DNA of 24,000 bases from Actinomycetes bacterium (GTDB lineage Bacteria; Actinomycetota; Acidimicrobiia; Spongiisociales; SHLN01), in assembly GCA_024638625.1 (NCBI GenBank), contig JAHEJY010000018.1:6398-30397 (forward strand). The letters are read 5' to 3'. A model generated the notes under the pieces. That model saw nothing but the letters and a program-made list of their open reading frames with translations, was not told the DNA's origin and did no database searches. Shown here in pieces: positions 1 to 8,490 of the stretch (its first letter is position 1; every line of letters begins with the position of its first letter). Both the position numbers and the translations under genes were made by a program.

Positions 1-3000
1 CAGCCAGAGTCTTTGGCAAATCCAGACCCATCTCATGGAAGCCGGCGTCAAGGGCGATTTCATCCTCGCCAATGCACACGGGGTTCGATTCAATCGCGCG
101 TCTTCATATTGGCTCGATGTCGAGGCTTTCGAGACAGGCCTTCGAGCCATCAAAGACAACACGGCTGACGTGGGAGACCTGGCCGCTACCGCCGATTTGT
201 ACCGGGGAGATTTGCTCAGCGGATTTTACGACGAGTGGTTTTTGCTCGACCAGGCGAGGCTTCGAGACGAGTACCTCGACCTCCTCGGCTCGATCTCCAC
301 CGCCCACAAGAGCCGCGGTCGCTTCGACGACGCCTTGATCTTCGCCCGCCGGCTGGCATTGAACGACCCGCTCCGCGAAGAAGCACATCGCGAGGTCATG
401 CGACTCTGCTATCTGGCAGGAAGACCCAACGACGCACTGCTGCAGTATGAAATCTGCTACGCCACGTTGCAAGACGAACTGGGGACCGAACCGACGGCGG
501 AGACCACTGCACTATTCGAATCGATTGCCGCCGAACGTGAAGCAGGTTCCGTCCCCTTTAGGCCGGCCGCTTCGTCCCCCTTGCTCGACAACGACATGCA
601 GATTCCGCTCGTTGGCCGACGGGACGAGCGCGCCGTTGGCCTATCGATCATCGAAGGTGCATTGACGTCACAAGGCGGGATGCTGCTCGTCGAGGGCGCC
701 GCCGGCGTCGGAAAGAGCAGATTCCTGGATGCGTTGATCGACGATGCGAACTGGCGGGGTATCGGGGTCCTGAGAGGCGACGCCGGACTGACTCGCGAGA
801 GCTACGCACCGATTTCGGCAGCGCTCGAGCAATCGCTCACGCGCCTGCGGGTCGACCAGCTAGGAGCCCAGATCGAACCGGTCTGGTTGCGCAAGGTCGC
901 CAACCTCACGCCGCAGATCAACGAGTGGATTCCTGATTTGCCGCCTTCGGCGGCGCTGCGCCCATCGGAGGAATCCCATCGAATGCTCGAGGCCATCGCC
1001 CATGTTTTCGTGGGATTGTCGAATATCTCCCCTTTGTTGCTCGTTCTCGACGATTTCGACGCGGCCGACGATGACACTGTGCGTGCCATACGACACCTGA
1101 GCAACATTGTTGACGGGAGTCGTCTCGTTATCGCATTGTCTTACCACAAGGACGTCGCGGCTGAACGGGACATCATCTGGGACTGCTTGCGAGAGATCGA
1201 CCGGCTTCCCAACACACGCCGGGTGGACCTGAAGCCGCTATCCGAACCCGAAACGGTCGAGCTGATCAGGTTGAGCACGGCATCCGACATGGACCCCGGC
1301 CGATCGGCACTCCTGCACGCCGAAACCGGCGGCAATCCGCTCTTTCTGCTCGAAACGCTAAGAGCGCAGCACGAGCACCAGGTTGCGGCAGCAACCGCCG
1401 GAACTACCGTGCTCACGGACCGATTCCCACTCCCTGACAGCGTTCAGGACGCGATCGGCGCTCGGATAGCGGCGTTGAGTGCTTCCCAGATCGAGCTATT
1501 GCGGTGGCTTGCGGTGGCCGGTATCGAGGCCGAGGCCGAAGTGCTCCTGGCAGCGAATCCACGACCCCGGCCAGAGTTCTTCTTCGATCTGGACGCTCTC
1601 GTCCAGCGCGGCATCATCGCCAACCGTGAAGGTCGTTATCGATTCGTGCATCAACAGGTCCAGCGGGTCGTCGACCTCGGTCTCGACGACCGGGTCGCAT
1701 TCCACAGAGCTATCGCCAATTCGCTCGAGGCGTTACACCCGGAGTGGCCCGAGTCCATCGCTCACCACTATGCCGCTGCCGGTAATGGAAGATCGGCGGC
1801 GATGTACGCCGAGCAGGCCGCCGCCCGGGCCATCAACGTAAAGGCCTATGCGAATGCCGCTCAGTTTTACGCCATGGCATTGGAGAGCGCGGATGACGGG
1901 AGCCTCGACAATGCAACCCGGTTCCGGCTTCTTTCGGGGCTCGAGCAATCTTTGGACGTTCTCGGGGATAGGGCCGGACAGGCCGAGGCGCTAAAGGCGA
2001 TGTCCGACACCGGATCAGGGACGAATTCAGAGCGATCGGAAACGCTACGCCGGATCGCCTGGCTCCAAGCCCATACCGATCGATTCGAAGAGGCAATCGT
2101 GACTGCGGGCCAGGCACTCCAGATCGACCTCGAACGCGGCGACGAAGCTTCGATGGCACATGACTTTCGGGCACTAGGCATGATCAGCCTGTGGTCCGGC
2201 AATGCCAGTCAGGCAATCTCGCATCTCGAACAAGCCACCAGCCTCGCTCGCGGTGAGCAACTGGCGGAAGCCACCGAGGCTCTCGCCAGGGCTTTGACGG
2301 CAGCGCAGCGCTATGACGAGGCCTCCCGTCAGGCTGAAACCGCCCTCAGGCTCTTCGTCGCTGCTGATAATCGGCGCGGGCAGGCCGAAGCGCTCGGATC
2401 ACTCGGCGTCATCACCATGGAACGGGGCGAAGCCGAAGCCGCTCTCGACTTCTATCAGCGGGCGATCCACGTCTGCCGGGCTATCGGCTATCAACACGGT
2501 GAGGGAGTCAACCTGGTCAATCACGCGAACGCGCTCTGGTATACCGGCCGCGCAGCTGAGGCGCTGGATCAGTTCGAAGAGGCGATTGCCGTGTTCCGAG
2601 CCCTCTCGAATCGTCGCGGCGAAGCGGTGGCGCGTGCGAACGCGGCGGCGCTCCATCACACCATTGGCGACAATAAGACTGCCCAGGCCTACAGCGAACA
2701 GTCCTTCAGCTACTTTGCCGAGGTCCAGAACGATGTCGGATTGGCCCAGGTGTTGTGCAACCTCGCCGATATCGCCCGAACGCAAGGGCGTTTCGACGAG
2801 AGCCGCACCCACTTGACGACCGCGCTGGCCGGAACCCGGGCCTCTGAGAATCACTGGCTCGAAATCCAAGCATTGCATGCCCTCGCATTGGTGGAACTCG
2901 AGTCAGGCAACCATGGTCACGCCATCGGCGTTGCCGACGAGGCACTCGGCGTGTCGCGCACATATGGCTTCGGAGATTTCGCTCCGAACCTACTGTCCAT

Positions 3001-3598
3001 TCGGGGGATGGCGCAGCTTGCCCAAGGAGATCTGAATTCGGCCCTGGCTTCGACGTCGGAGGCCATCAAGCTCCTTCATCCGGGTAGCAATCGCGCGTAT
3101 CTCATCCCGCATCGGCACGCGGTCGTACTCGAAGCTTGTGGTCGCAGCGACGAAGCGGCCCTATTCGCGGCAGAGGCAGCTTCCATGCTCGATCAGGCCC
3201 TCGCCGGCCTTCCGGAAGACAAGCTCGAGGCAGTCAGGTCGGTTCCTGAGCACAGCAAGATCCAGACCGGCACAGCCAAGACGGTCGAGGCGCGAATGGT
3301 TCGCGAGGGCGTACCAACCGGACGCCACCTCACCGACGACGACTACGTTCCCGTTCGGCTGACGATTCATCAGCCATCGGACCTGCAGATAGCGGACCCG
3401 GCGACCCGCCGCGGCCAGCAGATCATCCGATTGGTTTCAGAAGCTAGAGAACAGGGTGCCGTGCCTACGGTGGATGATCTTGCGTCCCACCTCTCCACGA
3501 GCGTTCGAACGGTGCGGAGGACCATCGCCGGCCTGCGAACCGCCGGAACCGAGATCACCACCAGAGGGTCGAAACGCTCCCCCGGTAGAAAGAACTAG
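1..3598 (+). CDS. SARP/AfsR-like STAND transcriptional regulator: BTAD + P-loop NTPase + TPR array + extra C-terminal HTH; 5' end probably outside the window
   Basis: ORF track gives 35..3598, but the frame stays open back to nt 2 (SQSLWQIQTHL before Met35). The first residues look like the end of an OmpR-type winged helix. BTAD signature: DLYRGDLL..DEWF..REEAHREVMRLCYLAGRPNDALLQYE. Walker A is GAAGVGKS and Walker B is LLLVLDDFD. A long Ala/Leu-rich TPR-like repeat region spans aa ~600-1050. C-terminal HTH: PTVDDLASHLSTSVRTVRRTIAGLRTAG. Confidence 0.85.
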   Translation, partial: SQSLWQIQTHLMEAGVKGDFILANAHGVRFNRASSYWLDVEAFETGLRAIKDNTADVGDLAATADLYRGDLLSGFYDEWFLLDQARLRDEYLDLLGSISTAHKSRGRFDDALIFARRLALNDPLREEAHREVMRLCYLAGRPNDALLQYEICYATLQDELGTEPTAETTALFESIAAEREAGSVPFRPAASSPLLDNDMQIPLVGRRDERAVGLSIIEGALTSQGGMLLVEGAAGVGKSRFLDALIDDANWRGIGVLRGDAGLTRESYAPISAALEQSLTRLRVDQLGAQIEPVWLRKVANLTPQINEWIPDLPPSAALRPSEESHRMLEAIAHVFVGLSNISPLLLVLDDFDAADDDTVRAIRHLSNIVDGSRLVIALSYHKDVAAERDIIWDCLREIDRLPNTRRVDLKPLSEPETVELIRLSTASDMDPGRSALLHAETGGNPLFLLETLRAQHEHQVAAATAGTTVLTDRFPLPDSVQDAIGARIAALSASQIELLRWLAVAGIEAEAEVLLAANPRPRPEFFFDLDALVQRGIIANREGRYRFVHQQVQRVVDLGLDDRVAFHRAIANSLEALHPEWPESIAHHYAAAGNGRSAAMYAEQAAARAINVKAYANAAQFYAMALESADDGSLDNATRFRLLSGLEQSLDVLGDRAGQAEALKAMSDTGSGTNSERSETLRRIAWLQAHTDRFEEAIVTAGQALQIDLERGDEASMAHDFRALGMISLWSGNASQAISHLEQATSLARGEQLAEATEALARALTAAQRYDEASRQAETALRLFVAADNRRGQAEALGSLGVITMERGEAEAALDFYQRAIHVCRAIGYQHGEGVNLVNHANALWYTGRAAEALDQFEEAIAVFRALSNRRGEAVARANAAALHHTIGDNKTAQAYSEQSFSYFAEVQNDVGLAQVLCNLADIARTQGRFDESRTHLTTALAGTRASENHWLEIQALHALALVELESGNHGHAIGVADEALGVSRTYGFGDFAPNLLSIRGMAQLAQGDLNSALASTSEAIKLLHPGSNRAYLIPHRHAVVLEACGRSDEAALFAAEAASMLDQALAGLPEDKLEAVRSVPEHSKIQTGTAKTVEARMVREGVPTGRHLTDDDYVPVRLTIHQPSDLQIADPATRRGQQIIRLVSEAREQGAVPTVDDLASHLSTSVRTVRRTIAGLRTAGTEITTRGSKRSPGRKN

Positions 3599-3780
3599 CT
3601 CCCGGGCGCCGCATCGCACCCGGGGCGCCACCGAATTCTGGGGCCTCTTTCCTCCCTTAGCTCTATTTCCTATATATTCCAGGAAGAATGACCACTATCT
3701 GTGGTAATTAGTCCTTTAGGAAAACACTGTCCCGTCGAAGTATCCCCAACAAACCCTAAGAATATTAGGAGGAGAGGGAT

Positions 3781-3873
3781 ATGCGCCGAATTGTTACGTT
3801 GGCATTCACTGCCGCCACCATGTTGGTTCTTTTCGCGCAGCCTGCGTTCGCAGCTGTGCTCAATATGCTGTAA
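3781..3873 (+). CDS. candidate 30-aa small ORF, signal-peptide-like or single-TM microprotein (MRRIVTLAFTAATMLVLFAQPAFAAVLNML)
   Basis: Below the ORF-track size cutoff. ATG 3781 is preceded by consensus SD AGGAGG at 3767-3772 (8-nt spacer), at the end of a ~41% GC island. The peptide has an RR n-region, a hydrophobic core and an AFA/A cleavage-like motif. TAA 3871-3873 directly abuts the stop of the convergent transporter gene. No homology evidence is available. Confidence 0.4.
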   Translation: MRRIVTLAFTAATMLVLFAQPAFAAVLNML

Positions 3874-4701
3874 TCAGACCGATATGAAGGCGGTTGCCAG
3901 CGCGGCAATTCCGAGTCCGATCCAATGACGCGGAAGTATGACCTCCTTCAAGAACACGGCCGCGAGAATCACAGCGGGTATCGCATACAACGCAGCAAGG
4001 ATCGCGGCAACGCTCAGCGATCCGAGGCGTGTGGCGTAGAGATACGATGTATTGGCCACCACCGAACACATCGAACCGCCTGCGGTCAACCAAAGCGCAG
4101 CCCCCTGCAAACGCAGCGGGCTGCGCTTTGCTATCACGACGCCGGTTCCAACGAGCGAGGCTCCGATGAAGACGCCCACAATCGGCCACAGCCCGGAGCC
4201 TTCAGATACGAAGCCGAGGATCGCAAACTGAATACCAAACCCGGTTCCACTTCCGACGCCATACCAGACCCCGCGAAGATCGAGCTGCTTCCCATCAGAG
4301 GCGACCAACCAGATGGCCGCACCTGCCAACACCGCACCGACGAACGCCAGCGGTGACAAGTCCTCTCCTCTCAGGCCGGCAACTGTCACGGGAATCAGCG
4401 CCGAAACGAGCCCGCTCGCAGGGACAATCGAAGATGCCGGAGCTTTGGTGAAACCGAGGAACAGCACCGTGCCACCTCCTACCGCTCCCGCACCTGCCAC
4501 CAATCCGATGGCGACCGAGCTGACCGAGAAAGCCGGCGTGCCCGAAGTGGCCAGCGCCAGGACAAGCATGCCGGGCAAGGCCATGAAACTGTACCACCAT
4601 GCAACGGTGAACGCGGAGGTCGTTCGGGCCGCCTGCCCGCCAAATACCGATGCACCACCCCAGGCGATCGAAGCTGTAGCAGCCAACGCGAGAGCGACCA
4701 T
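3874..4701 (-). CDS. EamA/DMT-superfamily integral membrane transporter
   Basis: 275 aa, almost entirely hydrophobic with about 10 predicted TM segments. Gly/Ala-rich helices in two similar halves are typical of drug/metabolite transporter (EamA) proteins. ATG at 4701-4699. Confidence 0.72.
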   Translation of the reverse strand: MVALALAATASIAWGGASVFGGQAARTTSAFTVAWWYSFMALPGMLVLALATSGTPAFSVSSVAIGLVAGAGAVGGGTVLFLGFTKAPASSIVPASGLVSALIPVTVAGLRGEDLSPLAFVGAVLAGAAIWLVASDGKQLDLRGVWYGVGSGTGFGIQFAILGFVSEGSGLWPIVGVFIGASLVGTGVVIAKRSPLRLQGAALWLTAGGSMCSVVANTSYLYATRLGSLSVAAILAALYAIPAVILAAVFLKEVILPRHWIGLGIAALATAFISV

Positions 4702-4772
4702 CGGCGAACCCTAACCGGTGCCCGCGGTGCGCCCCTCGTACACTCAGGCCGTCGGCGAAGCAGGGAACCGAT

Positions 4773-5309
4773 ATGGCGCACGACACTGTTGTCAACCACC
4801 GGCATGAGCATGCGAAGGTGGTCCTGACCGGCTTTATGGGCACCGGCAAGACCACGGTCGGTCGGCTGGTCGCGACTCTCATGGATTATGAGTTTGTGGA
4901 CACCGATGAGGTCATCGAATCTCGCCACGGCTCTATTGCTGAGATTTTCGAGCTTCAAGGTCAAGCACGGTTCAGAGAGCTCGAGTCGGGTTTGGCACAA
5001 GAACTGTCCACTTCCACTCGAACCGTGATCGCGACCGGCGGACGGATGATGCTCGACCCTCGAAACGCCGCACTCTTGGCTTCGGACGCTCGCGTATTTT
5101 GTCTGGTGGCGACGCCGACGGAGATTCTCGCACGTGTGGCCGATGGCAAACGACCGCTCCTTGCAGGCGACGATCCGGCCAGCCGCATCGAAGAGCTCCT
5201 CGCGGAGCGTCACGCCGGCTACAGCGAGTTCGAGGCGATCGAAACATCCGGCCGGAGCCCTATCGAGATTGCAGCCGAAATCGTGAGGCTGATCGAAGAT
5301 CGTGGCTAA
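4773..5309 (+). CDS. aroK: shikimate kinase
   Basis: Walker A GFMGTGKTTVGR is followed by FVDTD, then ..FRELE.. and ..IATGGR.., which is the canonical AroK layout. Size is 178 aa. Confidence 0.9.
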   Translation: MAHDTVVNHRHEHAKVVLTGFMGTGKTTVGRLVATLMDYEFVDTDEVIESRHGSIAEIFELQGQARFRELESGLAQELSTSTRTVIATGGRMMLDPRNAALLASDARVFCLVATPTEILARVADGKRPLLAGDDPASRIEELLAERHAGYSEFEAIETSGRSPIEIAAEIVRLIEDRG

Positions 5310-7945
5310 TCCATCGCTGTGATCGCGTTGGGATTCCGACGTAGTCCAAGTCGTTTGAAGAAGTCCACAATCAGAAACGGGACAATCTGCAGGACGAGGA
5401 TCACAATCCAGTCGACCACGTCGATGGGGACTGTCGCAAAGAGCGTGTTGCCGATCGGCAAGTAGACAACCCCCAGTTGCAGAAGGAGAGAGAGTGTGAT
5501 GGCCACCAGGAGCAATCGGTTGTCAAAGAACCCTCTCTTCCAGACTGATGTTCCCTGCGCTCGTACGTTGAAGACGTGCAGCATCTGCACTCCCACCAGG
5601 GCACTGAAGCCAATGGTCCGCACGTGCTCCCATTCCACGTCGCGGAGGAAATGTCCGTAGGCATAGGCCGAGAGCGCCCCAGCTGCGAGAATCGCCCCTT
5701 GCCACAGAATCCGAACCTGGTGGGCAGGTCCCAAAATGTCGCGGCGCCGGTCCGGGTCGCGATCCATGAGGCCTGCCACTGGAGGGTCCATGCCAAGGGC
5801 AATAGCGGGCAAACCATCCGTGACCAGGTTGATCCACAGAATCTGAACGGCCAGCAGCGGTTCGCCCAGGCCGCCAAAGACAAGGAACCCGAACACCATG
5901 ACCAGCACCTCACTGACGTTGGCTGACAGCAAGAAGTAGACGACCTTCTTGAGATTCGAGAAGATGCCTCGCCCCTCTTCGATCGCCGCGACGATCGATG
6001 CGAAATTGTCGTCGGCAAGCACCATCGATGACGCCTCCTTCGAGACAGCTGTACCGCTCCCCATCGCCACGCCGATGTCGGCTGCCTTCAACGCCGGTGC
6101 GTCGTTGACGCCGTCGCCGGTCATCGCCACGATTCCTCCATGGTGCTGCCACGCTCGCACCAGTTTCACCTTGTCAACCGGATCGACCCGCGCAAACACG
6201 CCATAGTCGTTGACCCGGGAAGCCAGTTCGTCCTCTTCGACCGATCGCAGCTCCGCTCCCCCCATGACCCCGCGGCGTTCGTTGGTCAGGCCGAGTTCCG
6301 CCGCAATGGCGCGGGCAGTCACTTCGTGGTCGCCGGTCACCATGACGACCTCCAATCCCGCCCGTTCCGCCGCCGTCACCGCGGCGGGGACCTCCGGTCG
6401 AATCTCATCACTCATACCAACGACTGCAACCAGGGTGAGATCGGATTCTGCAGCATCCAGGTTGACCGGCCTGTCGTCGAACATTCGATACGCAAACGCC
6501 AACGTCCTGAGACCGGCTCCTGCGAATTCAGCCGCTTCGGCTTTTGCCCGTCGGACGAGGTCGTCATCGATGGGTTGTTGTCCGGTCGAGGCCTCGACGT
6601 GCCCGGAAAGCTCGATAATGGTTTCGGGGGCTCCCTTGACCGCGAGGAGATAACCCTCCTTCGTGTGGTGAAGTGTGGCCATTCGCTTGCGGCGCGAATC
6701 GAAACCCAACTCGTCGACCCGGGGATAGTCGCTTCGGATCTCATTCACGTTGAGAACAATGGGATCGACGGATTTGAGAAGGGCCGTTTCCGTCGGATCA
6801 CCGATGAAGCCTCGCCCGGATGGTTGCCCATCGTTGCAGAGGGCCGCAATCAATCCATACAGGTGAATACGACGCTCCGAACCGTGAGCCTCCTCCAGGG
6901 CCAACGAAGCTCCCGCGAAGCCAATGCGCTGCACGCTCATCTCGTTGCGCGTCAAGGTTCCCGTCTTGTCGGTACAGATGACCGAGGCCGACCCGAGAGC
7001 CTCGACGGCGGTGAGTTTTCTGATAATGGCATTTCGGCCTGCCATTCGTTGCACGCCCCGTGCCAGGGTGATCGTGTTGACAGCCGGCAGCCCTTCCGGG
7101 ATAGCAGCCACCGCCAGGGCAACCGCCGTGAGAAACATCGACTCGACGCTGTTTCCCCGGGCAAGGCCGAGCACGAAGATCAAGACGGCAATGCCCAGCG
7201 CCAGCACGGCTATCGATCTTCCAACCCGATCCATTTCGAGCGATAGAGGGGTGCGCGGCTCCTCCTCAACGAGCAGGTCTGCGATCTTGCCCATCTCTGT
7301 GTCGCGGCCTGTGAAGACAACCGCTGCCCGGCCTCTCCCATTTGCAACCACCGTTCCCGCAAAGGCCAGCGCGAGCCGATCCGCTGTCCCACTCTCAATC
7401 GCTGTCGGTTCGATTTGCTTTGAAACCGGAAAACTCTCACCGGTAAGGGCCGCTTCATCTACTTCAAGCCGCACCAATTCGATCAAACGAACGTCGGCCG
7501 GAACCCGATCACCGGCTTCAAGACTGACGATGTCACCGGGCACCAAGTCGACGGCTGCCAATGTGACCATCTGACCGTCGCGAAACACACGCGCTTCCGG
7601 GGCGCTCATCTCCTTGAGTTCGCCTAGGGCCGATTCTGCTCTGACCTCCTGGGTATAACCGATGACGGCATTGAGAACCACGATGGCCAGGATCACCCCC
7701 GTATCAACCCATTCGTTCAAAATGAATCCCGAAATGATGCCGGCAGCCAGCAACACCCACACGAGAACGTCCTTGAACTGGCGTATCAGAATCGACAAAC
7801 GAGAGGGGCCCGAGGTGGCCGAAAGCTCATTCGGTCCGAATTTGGCAAGCCGTTCGGCGGCGACGACCGATGACAATCCCGCCGTTGGATCGACCTCGAG
7901 CCGTTGTAAAACCTCGCCCACCTCAATGGCATGCCAGTTGTTCAT
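5306..7945 (-). CDS. cation-transporting P-type ATPase, P2 (SERCA/CtpF-like, Ca2+-type)
   Basis: Motifs: DKTGTLT phosphorylation site, TGES-type actuator (LTGES), IPEGLPAV in TM4, MVTGD, TGDGVNDAPALK hinge, and an N-terminal Cation_ATPase_N-like segment (WHAIEVGEVLQRLEVDPTAGLS). I prefer the Met at 7945 (MNNWHAIEV) over the ORF-track start at 8023, because it forms an ATGA overlap with the hpt stop. Confidence 0.92.
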   Translation of the reverse strand: MNNWHAIEVGEVLQRLEVDPTAGLSSVVAAERLAKFGPNELSATSGPSRLSILIRQFKDVLVWVLLAAGIISGFILNEWVDTGVILAIVVLNAVIGYTQEVRAESALGELKEMSAPEARVFRDGQMVTLAAVDLVPGDIVSLEAGDRVPADVRLIELVRLEVDEAALTGESFPVSKQIEPTAIESGTADRLALAFAGTVVANGRGRAAVVFTGRDTEMGKIADLLVEEEPRTPLSLEMDRVGRSIAVLALGIAVLIFVLGLARGNSVESMFLTAVALAVAAIPEGLPAVNTITLARGVQRMAGRNAIIRKLTAVEALGSASVICTDKTGTLTRNEMSVQRIGFAGASLALEEAHGSERRIHLYGLIAALCNDGQPSGRGFIGDPTETALLKSVDPIVLNVNEIRSDYPRVDELGFDSRRKRMATLHHTKEGYLLAVKGAPETIIELSGHVEASTGQQPIDDDLVRRAKAEAAEFAGAGLRTLAFAYRMFDDRPVNLDAAESDLTLVAVVGMSDEIRPEVPAAVTAAERAGLEVVMVTGDHEVTARAIAAELGLTNERRGVMGGAELRSVEEDELASRVNDYGVFARVDPVDKVKLVRAWQHHGGIVAMTGDGVNDAPALKAADIGVAMGSGTAVSKEASSMVLADDNFASIVAAIEEGRGIFSNLKKVVYFLLSANVSEVLVMVFGFLVFGGLGEPLLAVQILWINLVTDGLPAIALGMDPPVAGLMDRDPDRRRDILGPAHQVRILWQGAILAAGALSAYAYGHFLRDVEWEHVRTIGFSALVGVQMLHVFNVRAQGTSVWKRGFFDNRLLLVAITLSLLLQLGVVYLPIGNTLFATVPIDVVDWIVILVLQIVPFLIVDFFKRLGLRRNPNAITAMD

Positions 7946-8490
7946 GGCTCCGGATGTACCACGCAGATGTCGGGGAGCGTTCGATAACGTTCCGCCCAGT
8001 CGAGCCCATAGCCGACTACCCATACGTCCGGGATATCAAAGCCGAGATAGTCGACCGGAACCTCGACCTCGGCCCGTTCTGGCTTGCGAACCAGGGCACA
8101 GGTCCGCAGCGACGCAGGCCCTCTGGCAGCAAGCAAGCGCTGAAGATACGCGATCGTGTGCCCCGTATCGACAATGTCTTCGACGAGCAGAACGTGGCTC
8201 CCATATACCCGATGTCTGATGTCCATGATGAGGCGCACATCACCCGGGTGCGCCGTGCTCTCGGCATCGCCGTAGCTGCTCACCGCTATGAATTCGATCC
8301 GGTGGGGCACAGTGAGCCGTCGAGACAGATCGGCTAGGAAGATGAAAGACCCTTTGAGGACTCCGATGAGAACCAGATCGTCCACTCCGGCGTATTGGAC
8401 ATCGATCTCTGCTGCCAATTCATCCACGCGGGCGGCGATACGAGCGGCTGAGATGAGAGGCTCCGGAGCGGGATTTGCGGGTCCGGTCAT
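7942..8490 (-). CDS. hpt: hypoxanthine(-guanine) phosphoribosyltransferase
   Basis: 182 aa. PRPP-binding motif VLLVEDIVDTGHT. VLKGSFIFLADL and EFIAVSSYG are typical of Hpt. ATGA overlaps occur at both ends (8487-8490 and 7942-7945). Confidence 0.92.
   Translation of the reverse strand: MTGPANPAPEPLISAARIAARVDELAAEIDVQYAGVDDLVLIGVLKGSFIFLADLSRRLTVPHRIEFIAVSSYGDAESTAHPGDVRLIMDIRHRVYGSHVLLVEDIVDTGHTIAYLQRLLAARGPASLRTCALVRKPERAEVEVPVDYLGFDIPDVWVVGYGLDWAERYRTLPDICVVHPEP

Noticed and set aside
3701-3928. 75-aa plus-strand ORF across the low-GC spacer into the EamA 3' end
   Set aside because: It has no SD, is Cys/Arg/Pro-rich, and is out of frame with the SD-preceded 30-codon ORF, which is the better candidate in this region.
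4295-5213. 195-aa and 244-aa minus-strand ORFs overlapping the EamA 5' end, the intergenic region and aroK
   Set aside because: They are in alternative frames or antisense to genes with clear identity, and have an Arg-rich shadow-ORF composition.
6140-7246. 368-aa plus-strand ORF (plus 6210..6653 and 6924..7574) inside the ATPase region
   Set aside because: It is antisense to a P-type ATPase with all canonical motifs. The composition is low-complexity and Arg/Ser-rich. This is a high-GC shadow ORF.
7946-8023. 26-codon N-terminal extension of the ATPase (ORF-track start at 8023)
   Set aside because: The extension lies entirely inside the hpt coding sequence. The Met at 7945 begins the conserved Cation_ATPase_N-like sequence and gives a classic ATGA coupling with the hpt stop.
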